Shown here: in pieces, positions 37,901-47,885 of the stretch
How positions within the stretch are numbered: the first letter of the stretch is position 1
Layout of the letters: each line of letters begins with the position of its first letter
NCBI GenBank assembly: GCA_964503445.1
Contig: CAZCZM010000003.1
Span: 869 to 64,868 of the forward strand
Source of the DNA: an uncultured Bifidobacterium sp.
Lineage (GTDB): Bacteria; Actinomycetota; Acidimicrobiia; Acidimicrobiales; Ilumatobacteraceae
Length of the DNA stretch: 64,000 nucleotides
Direction of reading: 5' to 3'
Notes under the pieces: generated by a model
Told to the model about the DNA's origin: nothing
Database searches by the model: none
The model's input: the letters and a program-made list of their open reading frames with translations, nothing else
Position numbers and translations under genes: made by a program

Positions 37901-39660
37901 AATCCACGGCAATGCGTACTCATATGTGTGGAGATGTCAACGAGACACTCATCGGATCGACCGTCTCGGTGTGTGGGTGGGTAGGTCGCCGTCGCGAGCA
38001 TGGCGAGAAACTCGCGTTTGTTGACTTGCGCGATCACTCTGGAGTTGTGCAGTGCGTGGTCGACAATGGGGTCGATGTGCGAAGCGAGTATGTCATTCGC
38101 ATTACTGGTGTAGTGCGCGCTCGGCCAGAGGGAACCGTGAACGAAGGGCTAGCCACTGGCCGCGTAGAAATTGGTGAGTGTGTGGTCGAGGTGTTGAACG
38201 TTGCGGAACCGCCGCCATTTCCCGTTGATCATCGAGCAGATGATGTCGACGAAGGTGTGCGCCTGAAATATCGCTATCTCGATATTCGTCGCGAGCGGAT
38301 GCAGCGGAACCTTCGCGTTCGCGCGCAGGTCAACAGTGCCATTCGTCGCGCAATGGAAGACAACGGTTTCTTGGAAGTGGAGACGCCGTTGTTGATGCCG
38401 TCCACTCCCGAGGGTGCTCGTGAGTTTCTCGTGCCGTCACGAAAAGATCACGGATCATTCTTTGCGCTACCGCAGTCACCTCAGTTGTGGAAGCAGTTGC
38501 TCATGGTGTCGGGTGTTGATCGGTATTACCAAATTGCGAAGTGTCTGCGGGACGAAGACCTACGCGCCGATCGTCAATATGAGTTCATGCAGTTGGATGC
38601 CGAAATGTCCTTCGTCTCTCAGGACGATGTGTTGGAGTTCATTGGTCGTGCAGTGACGGCCGCGGCAGAGGCAGTGACGGGAGAGAAGCCACCCACCATC
38701 GAGCGCATCACATGGAAGCAAGCGATGGAACGCTTTGGATCCGACAAGCCAGATCTTCGCTTCGGAATGGAGCTCGTCGAGCTGACGTCGGTGTTTTCGT
38801 CCACTGAATTCAAAGCGTTCGCCGGAGCAGAAAGCATTAAGGGAATTTGCGTACCCGCTTCGACGTATCCGGACGCCGCTGCATCGGGGCGTAACAGACT
38901 TGATGCAATGACTGACCGCGCCAAGAAACTGGGTGCGAAAGGCCTCGTGTGGATGAAAGTTCAGAGCGACGGAACAGTCGAGTCGCCTGTGGCCAAGTTC
39001 TTGTCCGACGCCGAACGTGCGGCGTTGTTGTCTGCATGTGGCGCACAAGGCGGGGACTTGTTGCTGTTGGTCGCAGATGAATGGATGACGACGTGTGAGG
39101 TGTTGGGCCAGTTACGTAATGACATCGGAAGACCTCCAGTTCATGAAGGTCCCTACCGGTATGTATGGGTTACCGAGTTCCCGCTCTTTGTGGGTGTTGA
39201 TCCAGTGTCTGGTCGACCACGTCCGGGGCACCACCCGTTCTGTCATCCGCATCCCGAGGACATTGCATTGATGGATACAGAACCTTTGTCAGTACGAGCA
39301 CTTGCATACGACTTGGTACTGAATGGTTGGGAATTGGGGTCTGGTTCCATTCGAATTCATGAATCAGAGCTACAGCGACGTGTGTTTAACCTGCTCGGAA
39401 TCTCAGACGAAGAAGCAGACAAGCGTTTTGGTTTCTTCCTTCAGCCGTTCAAGTTCGGCGCTCCTCCGCATGGTGGATTTGCTTTCGGAATTGATCGCTT
39501 GACTGCCATTCTTGCGGGCGAGGAAAACATTCGTGAAGTGATTGCATTCCCCAAGACTCAAAGTGGTGCAGATCCAATGACGAACGCACCTACACCTGTT
39601 GACGCACAGCATCTCGCAGATCTTGGTCTTCGATTGTTACCTCCACCTGTACAGTCGTAG
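37897..39660 (+). CDS. aspS: aspartate--tRNA ligase
   Basis: MRTHMCGDV.. OB domain, FLVPSR, QSPQLWKQLLM, an insertion domain and GGFAFGIDRL. ATGA overlap with hisS. An alternative ATG lies at 37912. Confidence 0.95.
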   Translation: MKSTAMRTHMCGDVNETLIGSTVSVCGWVGRRREHGEKLAFVDLRDHSGVVQCVVDNGVDVRSEYVIRITGVVRARPEGTVNEGLATGRVEIGECVVEVLNVAEPPPFPVDHRADDVDEGVRLKYRYLDIRRERMQRNLRVRAQVNSAIRRAMEDNGFLEVETPLLMPSTPEGAREFLVPSRKDHGSFFALPQSPQLWKQLLMVSGVDRYYQIAKCLRDEDLRADRQYEFMQLDAEMSFVSQDDVLEFIGRAVTAAAEAVTGEKPPTIERITWKQAMERFGSDKPDLRFGMELVELTSVFSSTEFKAFAGAESIKGICVPASTYPDAAASGRNRLDAMTDRAKKLGAKGLVWMKVQSDGTVESPVAKFLSDAERAALLSACGAQGGDLLLLVADEWMTTCEVLGQLRNDIGRPPVHEGPYRYVWVTEFPLFVGVDPVSGRPRPGHHPFCHPHPEDIALMDTEPLSVRALAYDLVLNGWELGSGSIRIHESELQRRVFNLLGISDEEADKRFGFFLQPFKFGAPPHGGFAFGIDRLTAILAGEENIREVIAFPKTQSGADPMTNAPTPVDAQHLADLGLRLLPPPVQS

Positions 39661-39665
39661 CACTC

Positions 39666-40823
39666 GTGGAGTCTCCAGATCTCTTTAGTTCATCTTTAGA
39701 GGAAAAGATTGCTTCGCGTGCTCCGTTGGCTGCACGTATGCGTCCAACATCGCTGGATGACATTGTCGGCCAAGAACACTTAGTGGGACCGAATGGGCCA
39801 CTTCGTCGATTGATTGAATCTGATGTGTCGTGCTCAATCATTCTGTGGGGTCCGCCAGGGACTGGAAAAACGACACTCGCTGAGCTTGTCGCATCAACGA
39901 CTCGTCGGCGTTTCGAGCGATTGTCGGCAGTCTCTTCGGGGGTCAAGGACATTCGAGAAGTCATTGACAGCGCGAAGCGAGCACTGACATTTGACAGTCA
40001 ATCCACTGTGGTTTTTGTTGACGAGATTCATCGCTTCACGACGACTCAGCAGGATGCGCTGTTGCACGCGGTAGAAGGTGGGGTTGTGTCGCTTGTCGGC
40101 GCCACAACAGAAAACCCAGCGTTCTCGGTGAATCCTGCCTTACGTTCTCGTTCATCGGTCTTTGCGTTAAAGCCAGTCTCGGAATCTGATGTGATTCAGG
40201 TGCTTGAACGAGCCGCAACAATTGCGAAAGCTTCGGTCTCCGCAGAAGCGGCAGCTCTCATTGCGTGCCGTTGTACAGGTGATGTGAGGCAAGCACTCAC
40301 TTCTTTAGAGATGGCCATCGTCATCGCGAATGGTAGTGATGTCACGCTGGAGCACGCATCCATTGCATTATCAACGAGCGTGTCTCGTCTTGGTATCGAC
40401 GACCATTACGACATCGCATCGGCGTTCATTAAGTCGATGCGAGCAAGCAAGGTCGATGTCGCACTGCATTGGCTTGCACGACTGATTGAGGGCGGAGAAG
40501 ATCCACGCTTCATTGCTCGTCGCATCATCATTTTTGCAAGCGAAGATATTGGAATGGCTGATTCGTCGGCGTTGCAGGTAGCTATTGCAGCTGCCGATGC
40601 CCTCGATCGGGTTGGTCTTCCAGAGGCTGCTCACAACTTGGCTCACGCCGTCATTTACATGTCGACTGCACCGAAGAGCAGGGCAGTCACCGATGCGTTG
40701 TCCGCTGCGCTGACCGATGTGCAACACGGGAGAACAGGACGTGCGCCAGTATCCACGCAGACACCACCCACATATCTTCCGTTGGGATTCACGCCCGAGG
40801 GCTACTACCGTACGGAGCAATGA
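39666..40823 (+). CDS. rarA: replication-associated recombination protein A (AAA+ ATPase)
   Basis: Has PLAARMRPTSLDDIVGQEHL, Walker A GPPGTGKTT, VFVDEIHRF and the MgsA C-terminal domain (DPRFIARRIIIFASEDIG). Confidence 0.9.
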   Translation: MESPDLFSSSLEEKIASRAPLAARMRPTSLDDIVGQEHLVGPNGPLRRLIESDVSCSIILWGPPGTGKTTLAELVASTTRRRFERLSAVSSGVKDIREVIDSAKRALTFDSQSTVVFVDEIHRFTTTQQDALLHAVEGGVVSLVGATTENPAFSVNPALRSRSSVFALKPVSESDVIQVLERAATIAKASVSAEAAALIACRCTGDVRQALTSLEMAIVIANGSDVTLEHASIALSTSVSRLGIDDHYDIASAFIKSMRASKVDVALHWLARLIEGGEDPRFIARRIIIFASEDIGMADSSALQVAIAAADALDRVGLPEAAHNLAHAVIYMSTAPKSRAVTDALSAALTDVQHGRTGRAPVSTQTPPTYLPLGFTPEGYYRTEQ

Positions 40824-41029
40824 TGAAGAGACTGTTTTGGTTTGTGGTCGGCGCCTGCGCAGGCGCATACGCCGTTCTGTGGGGCAAGCGCAAGGCTGCC
40901 CATGTTGCTGAAAGCATCACCCCTGAAGCCGTCATGAATGCATTGGTCGACGGGGTTCGTGCCCTCGTTAAGCAAGTTGTTTCTCGAATTAAGGGAACAC
41001 CCGACGATCCTCCGCCGTCCGTTCTCTAA
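40820..41029 (+). CDS. small hypothetical membrane-anchored protein
   Basis: 69-aa ORF with an ATGA overlap onto the rarA stop and one N-terminal TM helix (LFWFVVGACAGAYAVLW). I recognised no family. Confidence 0.4.
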   Translation: MMKRLFWFVVGACAGAYAVLWGKRKAAHVAESITPEAVMNALVDGVRALVKQVVSRIKGTPDDPPPSVL

Positions 41030-41064
41030 AACCTTCCCCATTGCCTGAAACTGCGGGGGATAGC

Positions 41065-43710
41065 ATGTGGTTTCCCATGGCTTCTCCGTCTTCTACGCCT
41101 CGTTCAGCCGACCAGCTGCGCTCTGCATTCTCCGGATTCTTTGGCGACCGTGGCCATACGGTTGTGCCATCGGCCAGTTTGATTCCTCATGACCCCACGT
41201 TGTTGTTCACGGTGGCGGGCATGGTTCCGTTCAAGCCGTACTTCATGGGTGACGAAGTGGCGCCCTACAACCGTGCTGTCACTGTTCAAAAGTGTGTTCG
41301 CGCCGGCGGCAAGCACAATGACTTGGACGATGTCGGTCGCACCAAGCGACACCTTGTGTTCTTTGAAATGCTCGGAAACTTCAGTTTTGGCGATTACTTC
41401 AAGACCGATGCCATTCCATGGTCGTGGGAGTTGGTCACCGAAGTTTTTGGTTTTGACGGCGACCGTCTATGGATCACGGTTCATGATTCAGACGACGAGG
41501 CAGAAGCCATCTGGCACGAACAGGTTGGCGTGCCAATGAATCGCATTCAACGATTGGGTGACAAGGACAATTTCTGGCAAGCGGGGGACACTGGCCCATG
41601 CGGACCTTGTTCTGAAATTCACTTTGACCGTGGACCAGCATTTGGACCAGATGGCGGTCCACAAAATGATCCGCACGGTGATCGCTTCATGGAGTTCTGG
41701 AACCTCGTGTTCATGCAGTACAACCAGTCGGCTGATGGGTCGCGTACTCCATTGCCAAAACCGAGCATTGACACTGGCGCAGGCCTCGAGCGAATTCTCA
41801 CACTTGTCCAAGGCGTGGACTCTGTGTGGGAGTCCGATGTGTTGTTCCCGTTGATTGAAGAAGCGCAGTCGGTGACAGGTGCGTCATATCGCAGTGGTGA
41901 TTACGACGATCGTGACAGTTTCAGTTTGCGTGTACTTGCTGAACACGCTCGCTCTGCGGCAATGCTCATTAATGACGGAGTCTTCCCCAGCAATGAAAAT
42001 CGTGGGTACGTGTTGCGACGAATCATTCGCCGTGCGGTGCGCCACGCATTTTTGCTTGGAACAGAAAAATTGGTGATGCCACGTATTGCGGGCACCGCCA
42101 TTGATGTCATGGGTAATGCGTATCCAGATGTACTGAAGAATCGTGACTTCATCACCGAAGTTCTCACCAAAGAAGAAGAACGTTTCAGAAACACGTTGAA
42201 GACTGGGCTTTCTATTTTGGAAGCCGATTTCGCTCACGACGGGAAGATTCTGTCGGGTCAGTCTGCGTTTCTTCTTCACGACACGTATGGCTTCCCGTTA
42301 GAGCTCACGCAAGAAATCGCCGCCGAGCGAGGTGTCGAAGTTGACATCAATGGCTTTGAGAAAGAGATGAACGAGCAGCGAACACGTGCGAAAGATGCGC
42401 GTCGTGCGGGACGTGCTGACGGCGACCGCGTGGAGGCGTACCGAGAAATTCTCGATGCGCATGGGACCACAGATTTCGTTGGGTATGTGCACGATTCTGC
42501 AGAAGCGACCATCGTTGCCATCGTGGACGGAGACGACAACACAATTGAAGTCTTCCTCGATCACACACCGTTTTATGCAGAGAGCGGTGGACAGGTGGGC
42601 GACACCGGCGTGCTCCGCGGCGACTCTTTCGAACTTCAGGTGCTCGATACCACCTTCGCATTGCCAGGGTTGCGTCGCCATGTGTGCACAGTTGTTGCTG
42701 GTCAACCAGTTGAAGGTGCCGTTGTGCAGGCATCTATCAACACCACGGCACGTGCAGCGACGCGGCGCAATCACACGGGAACCCACGTCTTGCATTGGGC
42801 GTTGCGCACCGTTTTGGGTGAGCATGTGAAACAAGCTGGTTCATTGGTTGCACCCGATCGCTTGCGTTTTGACTTCAGCCATTACGAAGCGGTCACCGCT
42901 GAGGAAATTGAAAAGATTGAGTTACTTGCCAACGCCGAAGTATTGGCCAACGCTCCCGTCGACGCCTTTGAGACTTCTAAAGAAGAAGCTCTTGCGGCCG
43001 GAGCCATAGCGTTTTTTGGTGACAAATACGGTGACATGGTGCGCGTGTTGCGAGCTGGTGCGTCCACTGAATTGTGTGGTGGCACACATGTGTCGGCCAC
43101 CGGAGACATCGGAACAATCAAGATCATTTCTGAATCATCAATCGGATCCAACCTTCGGCGCATCGAGGCTGTCACAGGAGAAAATGCGGTGCGTTACATG
43201 CAGCGCACGAACACAATTCTTCAACAAGTTGCGTCAGCCGTGGGTGCGCGCACTGATGAAGCATTGACCGGGGTTGCAAAGAAACTTGATGAGCTCAAGG
43301 CCGCACACGATGAAATCAAGGCCTTGCGCTCTCAGTTAGCCACTGGGCGTGCTTCCGAAATTGCTGCACTCGCAGTTGAAGGAATCGTTGTCACACGAGT
43401 TGATGGTTTGGCAGCTTCCGATCTGCGCGATGTCGCGATAGCGGTGCGGCAACAAGATGGAATTCGGGCTGTTGTATTGGTTGGTGTGACCGACACGGGG
43501 GGTGTCTCGCTCGTTGCGGCCACTGCGCCATCACTAAAGATCAATGCAAGTGACATCATCAAAGACGCTGCTCGTGCCGTTGGCGGCGGGGGTGGCGGTA
43601 AGGGTGATATCGCAACTGCAGGCGGAAAAGATCCGCAAGGTATTGAAGAGGCACTTGCTCTTGCAACTGAGAAGGCTCGAGCCATCGTTGGCTCACAGTC
43701 ACCTTCGTGA
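41065..43710 (+). CDS. alaS: alanine--tRNA ligase
   Basis: Has the class II core (FFEMLGNFSFGDYFK), the editing-domain HxxxH/CxxxH motifs and a C-terminal DHHA1 with GGGGGGKGD. The start is ambiguous among TTG 41041, ATG 41065 (GGGGGA SD) and ATG 41077. Confidence 0.95.
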   Translation: MWFPMASPSSTPRSADQLRSAFSGFFGDRGHTVVPSASLIPHDPTLLFTVAGMVPFKPYFMGDEVAPYNRAVTVQKCVRAGGKHNDLDDVGRTKRHLVFFEMLGNFSFGDYFKTDAIPWSWELVTEVFGFDGDRLWITVHDSDDEAEAIWHEQVGVPMNRIQRLGDKDNFWQAGDTGPCGPCSEIHFDRGPAFGPDGGPQNDPHGDRFMEFWNLVFMQYNQSADGSRTPLPKPSIDTGAGLERILTLVQGVDSVWESDVLFPLIEEAQSVTGASYRSGDYDDRDSFSLRVLAEHARSAAMLINDGVFPSNENRGYVLRRIIRRAVRHAFLLGTEKLVMPRIAGTAIDVMGNAYPDVLKNRDFITEVLTKEEERFRNTLKTGLSILEADFAHDGKILSGQSAFLLHDTYGFPLELTQEIAAERGVEVDINGFEKEMNEQRTRAKDARRAGRADGDRVEAYREILDAHGTTDFVGYVHDSAEATIVAIVDGDDNTIEVFLDHTPFYAESGGQVGDTGVLRGDSFELQVLDTTFALPGLRRHVCTVVAGQPVEGAVVQASINTTARAATRRNHTGTHVLHWALRTVLGEHVKQAGSLVAPDRLRFDFSHYEAVTAEEIEKIELLANAEVLANAPVDAFETSKEEALAAGAIAFFGDKYGDMVRVLRAGASTELCGGTHVSATGDIGTIKIISESSIGSNLRRIEAVTGENAVRYMQRTNTILQQVASAVGARTDEALTGVAKKLDELKAAHDEIKALRSQLATGRASEIAALAVEGIVVTRVDGLAASDLRDVAIAVRQQDGIRAVVLVGVTDTGGVSLVAATAPSLKINASDIIKDAARAVGGGGGGKGDIATAGGKDPQGIEEALALATEKARAIVGSQSPS

Positions 43711-44135
43711 AAGTCATCGGCGTCGACCTAGGTTCACGCAGAATCGGTGTCGCTACATCTGACCGAAGCGGTCTTATTGCTTCACCTCTCACAGTTCTCC
43801 AGCGTGCTCAGTCACAGCGACGTGATCATGAAGAGTTGGCTCGAATTGTCCGAGAAGAGGAAGCGCAGGCAGTCGTTGTGGGGCTACCACTGAACATGGA
43901 CGGAACTGAGGGGAGAGCGGCTCAGGCTGCCCGCCGTGAAGTTGAGCGAATGGCTACGGTTATTGATGTGCCAATTCATGTTCACGACGAGCGACGCACA
44001 ACCGTGCAAGCTGATCATGTTCTGATGGAGAAGCGTCTCAACGCGCAAGAGCGCCGACAGGTTGTCGACAAAGTTGCCGCTGCTGTGATTTTGCAGTCGT
44101 GGCTTGATGCCCACAGTCAGGGGCGTTCATCATGA
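43707..44135 (+). CDS. ruvX: Holliday junction resolvase-like pre-16S rRNA nuclease RuvX (YqgF)
   Basis: Has VIGVDLGSRRIGVA and the YqgF fold. GTGA overlap with alaS. Confidence 0.9.
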   Translation: MKVIGVDLGSRRIGVATSDRSGLIASPLTVLQRAQSQRRDHEELARIVREEEAQAVVVGLPLNMDGTEGRAAQAARREVERMATVIDVPIHVHDERRTTVQADHVLMEKRLNAQERRQVVDKVAAAVILQSWLDAHSQGRSS

Positions 44136-45307
44136 CTGGCGACCCGCTTCTTCCCAACGATTGGCACACCGATCCGTGGGATGACGTGAGTGTCGTGCCT
44201 GAACACGCAACAGAAGAAATCCGGCCTGGATTTGATTACCTTCGTGGGCCCGTACGCATGGTTGTCGCCATGGTGGTGGCAACTGTGCTCCTCTTGGGTG
44301 CTGGTGCATGGTGGACTATTCATCAACTCAATCCCTCTGGTGATCCGGCAGCCGCAGTCAATTTCACCATTAATGACGGTGACACAGTGTCGTCGGTGTC
44401 TCAACGTTTGAAAGATCAGGGCATCATCAAGAACGCAACATTGTTCCGTTGGTATGCGTCGACGCGGGGCGACATTGAACTAGTTCCTGGCTATTACGCA
44501 TTGCGTCCTGGCGACAACGCTGGCGACATTGTCAAGACGTTGTCGACACCGCCGGCACAAACATTTGTTTCTGTGACGTTTCCAGAAGGAATGACGGTGG
44601 CACAGATGGGCGAGCGATTGGCATCAAAACTGACCTTTATGTCGGCCGAAGACTTCATAGCGGCAGCCACCGACGGGTCAACGGTGTCCGAGTTTTTGCC
44701 AAAGGGTGTGACGACGCTTGAGGGGCTTCTCTTTCCAGATACCTATCAGGTGTCGGGTGATGGATCTGAAGCACGCGTCGTGTCCACAATGGCGTCAATG
44801 ATGGAGCGCGTCGCTCGTCAGGTTGATCTGAAATCTGGTGCCAAGATTCGTGGCTTCACTCCCTATGAGATCTTGATCATTGCATCAATGATTGAGCGTG
44901 AAGCGAAGGTGGCTGAAGATCGTCCAAAAATTGCCCAAGTCATTTACAACCGTCTGTCGGAAAAAATGAAGTTGGAAATTGATGCGACGGTGAAATACGG
45001 GCAAGATCCTGCAATGTCGTGGACTGACATGAAGGGAACTGATACTCCCTACAACACATATATTCGTTCTGGGCTTCCACCGACACCAATCGCAAATCCC
45101 GGTCGGGCTTCTATTCAAGCTGCGCTCGCACCTGCAGGTGCTCCGCCAAAGAATGACGAAGCCTGTGTAAATCTTCCGCCTGGGGAGAAGTGTCGGTATT
45201 TGTATTACGTGCTTGCCGATAAGAGTGGGCGGCATGTGTTCGCTACAACATATGAACAGCATCTCGCCAACATTGAAGTGTCGCGTGCAGCTGGGGTGTT
45301 GCCGTGA
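44132..45307 (+). CDS. mltG: endolytic murein transglycosylase MltG (YceG family)
   Basis: N-terminal TM helix followed by the YceG domain (ILIIASMIEREA catalytic Glu, YNTYIRSGLPPTPIANPG). Confidence 0.9.
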   Translation: MTGDPLLPNDWHTDPWDDVSVVPEHATEEIRPGFDYLRGPVRMVVAMVVATVLLLGAGAWWTIHQLNPSGDPAAAVNFTINDGDTVSSVSQRLKDQGIIKNATLFRWYASTRGDIELVPGYYALRPGDNAGDIVKTLSTPPAQTFVSVTFPEGMTVAQMGERLASKLTFMSAEDFIAAATDGSTVSEFLPKGVTTLEGLLFPDTYQVSGDGSEARVVSTMASMMERVARQVDLKSGAKIRGFTPYEILIIASMIEREAKVAEDRPKIAQVIYNRLSEKMKLEIDATVKYGQDPAMSWTDMKGTDTPYNTYIRSGLPPTPIANPGRASIQAALAPAGAPPKNDEACVNLPPGEKCRYLYYVLADKSGRHVFATTYEQHLANIEVSRAAGVLP

Positions 45308-46152
45308 CAGAAAGCGCTCCGTTAATTGGGGCCGTTCTCGGATCGCCAATTTCTCATTCACTGTCGCCAGCGATATACCGAGCTGCTTTTCGCGAGATGG
45401 GAATAGTGGGCGAGTACGCGGCAATTGACTGCACTAGTGCTCAGCTTGAACAGACGTTTCGATCGCTACAAGAGAAAAACGTGAGGGCTCTGTCCATCAC
45501 AATGCCATTGAAAGAAACCATTCTTCCTTTGCTGTCTTCAATTGATTCCGATGCGCAGCTACTCAATGCCGTGAACTGCGTGTCTTTCTCCGGAGATCGA
45601 TCAGTCGGCCACAATACGGATGGCGACGGTTGTTGTGATGCACTAGAACAGCAAGGCAATGCAGCTCTAGCCGGTGCACATGCCGTTGTCTTGGGGGCGG
45701 GTGGGACCGCTCGTTCGGTGGCGCTTGCGTTGGGTCGACGCGGAGCACATGTTTCAATCGTTAATCGCACATCTAGTAACGCTGACCGACTTGTGACAAC
45801 GCTGTCGCACGACATTGCGGCACACGGCGGAACCATCACTGTGGGTTCAGTTGACAGTGTGCATGGTGCAACAGTTGTGGTGAACACAACATCGGTGGGC
45901 ATGAACTCTGACCTCACTCCGTTACCCGCTCGCTATTTCCAGGCAGGTCAAGTGGTGCTTGATGCGGTCTATCAGCCAATGCTCACTTCCTTTTTGCGCG
46001 ATGGTCGGGCTGCAGGCGCCATCACAATTGATGGCCTGTGGATGCTGATTCAGCAAGCGCGGCGCCAGTGCCTTCATCAATTCGGCATCACGCCCCCCAG
46101 CGAATCGCTACGTGAAGCGGCAGAACGCGAACTTTCCTTGCGTCACAAGTAG
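45304..46152 (+). CDS. aroE: shikimate dehydrogenase
   Basis: Has GSPISHSLSP, SITMPLK, NTDG and the GAGGTARSV Rossmann motif. Confidence 0.85.
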   Translation: MTESAPLIGAVLGSPISHSLSPAIYRAAFREMGIVGEYAAIDCTSAQLEQTFRSLQEKNVRALSITMPLKETILPLLSSIDSDAQLLNAVNCVSFSGDRSVGHNTDGDGCCDALEQQGNAALAGAHAVVLGAGGTARSVALALGRRGAHVSIVNRTSSNADRLVTTLSHDIAAHGGTITVGSVDSVHGATVVVNTTSVGMNSDLTPLPARYFQAGQVVLDAVYQPMLTSFLRDGRAAGAITIDGLWMLIQQARRQCLHQFGITPPSESLREAAERELSLRHK

Positions 46153-46161
46153 CCTCTAGGC

Positions 46162-47328
46162 GTGCTTAGGTACCTGACAGCTGGCGAATCTCACGGACGG
46201 GCCTTAACGGTCATTGTCGAGGGGTTGCCTGCTGGGCTTCCCATCGTGGCCGAAGACATTGAAAACGACCTTGCTCGCCGTCGCCTGGGATATGGACGAG
46301 GTCCTCGTCAGCGTTTTGAAAAAGATGTCATCACCTTGGTGGGAGGCATTCGCCACGGAAGAACTTTGGGTTCTCCAGTTGCCATCGAAATCCAGAACTC
46401 GGAATGGTTCCGCGGCGACAAGTGGCACGAAGAAATGTCGCCTGCGCCAGGTGCAACAAAGACACCACTTACTCAGCCGAGACCAGGTCATGCCGATTTA
46501 GTGGGAATGCAAAAATATGGATTCTCTGACGCACGAGATGTTCTTGAGCGAGCCAGTGCTCGTGAGACTGCTGCTCGTGTGGCCGCAGGTGCTTTGGCGA
46601 AGCAACTGCTCTCGCACATTGGCGTGGGGATTCTCAGTCATGTTGTTCAAATCGGTTCGGCTCGCGCTCACAATTCAGCGTTGCCCACCATGGCTGATCT
46701 TGACGCCATCGACTCATCGGAAGTGCGCTGCTTCGATATTGCAGCGGAAGCCGCAATGATTACCGCCATTAAAGAGGCCGCTAAAGAGGGTGACTCATTG
46801 GGCGGCATTGTCGAAGCCATTGCATATGGGGTTCCCATTGGACTGGGAAGTCATGTTCATTGGGATCGAAAAATCGATGCCCTGTTGGCACAAGCAGTCA
46901 TGAGCATTCAGGCCGTGAAAGGTGTTGAAATTGGTGACGGCTTCGAAGTGTCAGGTCTGCGAGGTAGCGAATCGCATGACCCCATTCACTGGGATTCAGC
47001 TCAACGCAAATACGTTCGAGAGGGACATCGTTCCGGCGGAACTGAAGGCGGAATCACTACTGGTGAGCCGCTGATTGTACGTGCGGCTATGAAGCCCCTC
47101 GCCACGCTCAACAAGCCCACCCTCAAAACTGTCGACACAGTGACCAAAGAAGAAACCGTCAGCTTTAAAGAGCGCACCGACGTCACGGCCGTGCCTGCTT
47201 TGGGTGTTGTTGTTGAAACCATGGTCGCACTTGTTCTCGCTGCCGAGGCGCAACGCAAATTTGGTGGAGACTCACTGTCAGAATTCGTTCGCAATGCCCA
47301 GGCCTTTGAAGCCACACTGGAGTCGTGA
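46162..47328 (+). CDS. aroC: chorismate synthase
   Basis: Has LRYLTAGESHG, RRRLGYGRG, RPGHADL and SARETAARVA. Confidence 0.95.
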   Translation: MLRYLTAGESHGRALTVIVEGLPAGLPIVAEDIENDLARRRLGYGRGPRQRFEKDVITLVGGIRHGRTLGSPVAIEIQNSEWFRGDKWHEEMSPAPGATKTPLTQPRPGHADLVGMQKYGFSDARDVLERASARETAARVAAGALAKQLLSHIGVGILSHVVQIGSARAHNSALPTMADLDAIDSSEVRCFDIAAEAAMITAIKEAAKEGDSLGGIVEAIAYGVPIGLGSHVHWDRKIDALLAQAVMSIQAVKGVEIGDGFEVSGLRGSESHDPIHWDSAQRKYVREGHRSGGTEGGITTGEPLIVRAAMKPLATLNKPTLKTVDTVTKEETVSFKERTDVTAVPALGVVVETMVALVLAAEAQRKFGGDSLSEFVRNAQAFEATLES

Positions 47329-47885
47329 GCATTCCGCGAGTCATCATTCTGGTTGGGCTCATGGGCACAGGAAAAAGCACTGTTGCGCGTGAATTGGCTC
47401 AACACTTTGGTGCTGAGTGTCTCGATACTGACAAGATCGTCGAGACGCGAGCAGGGAAGTCCGTTCGTGCCATCTTTGATGAAGATGGTGAAGATGTATT
47501 CCGCGAACACGAATCACAAGTTCTTCAGCAGTGTCTTCTGTCGTCCGGTCCGGTCGTGGTGGCTGGTGCCGGTGGCGTGGTAGTTCGCAAAGAAAATCGT
47601 GATGCGTTGAAGAAGGCAAGTCACGATGGAACCGCATCGGTGGTATGGCTACACGCTCCGCCTGAAGTTCTGGTTCAGCGCACCCAGAAAGGCGGTCATC
47701 GTCCGCTGCTGGACAATGATCGTGAAGGAACTCTGCGCAAGATGGCAGCGGATCGAAGCTCGTGGTACTCCGAAGTTGCAGACATTGTTGTCGACGTTTC
47801 GTCGCGCTCTCCCGAATCGGTAGCCGCACTGATTGTTGACGCACTCTCTGTGGGAGATGCAACATCTGGGGGTAGTAATGAGTGA
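47325..47885 (+). CDS. aroK: shikimate kinase
   Basis: Has Walker A GLMGTGKST and the shikimate-binding region. GTGA overlap with aroC. Confidence 0.9.
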   Translation: MSIPRVIILVGLMGTGKSTVARELAQHFGAECLDTDKIVETRAGKSVRAIFDEDGEDVFREHESQVLQQCLLSSGPVVVAGAGGVVVRKENRDALKKASHDGTASVVWLHAPPEVLVQRTQKGGHRPLLDNDREGTLRKMAADRSSWYSEVADIVVDVSSRSPESVAALIVDALSVGDATSGGSNE

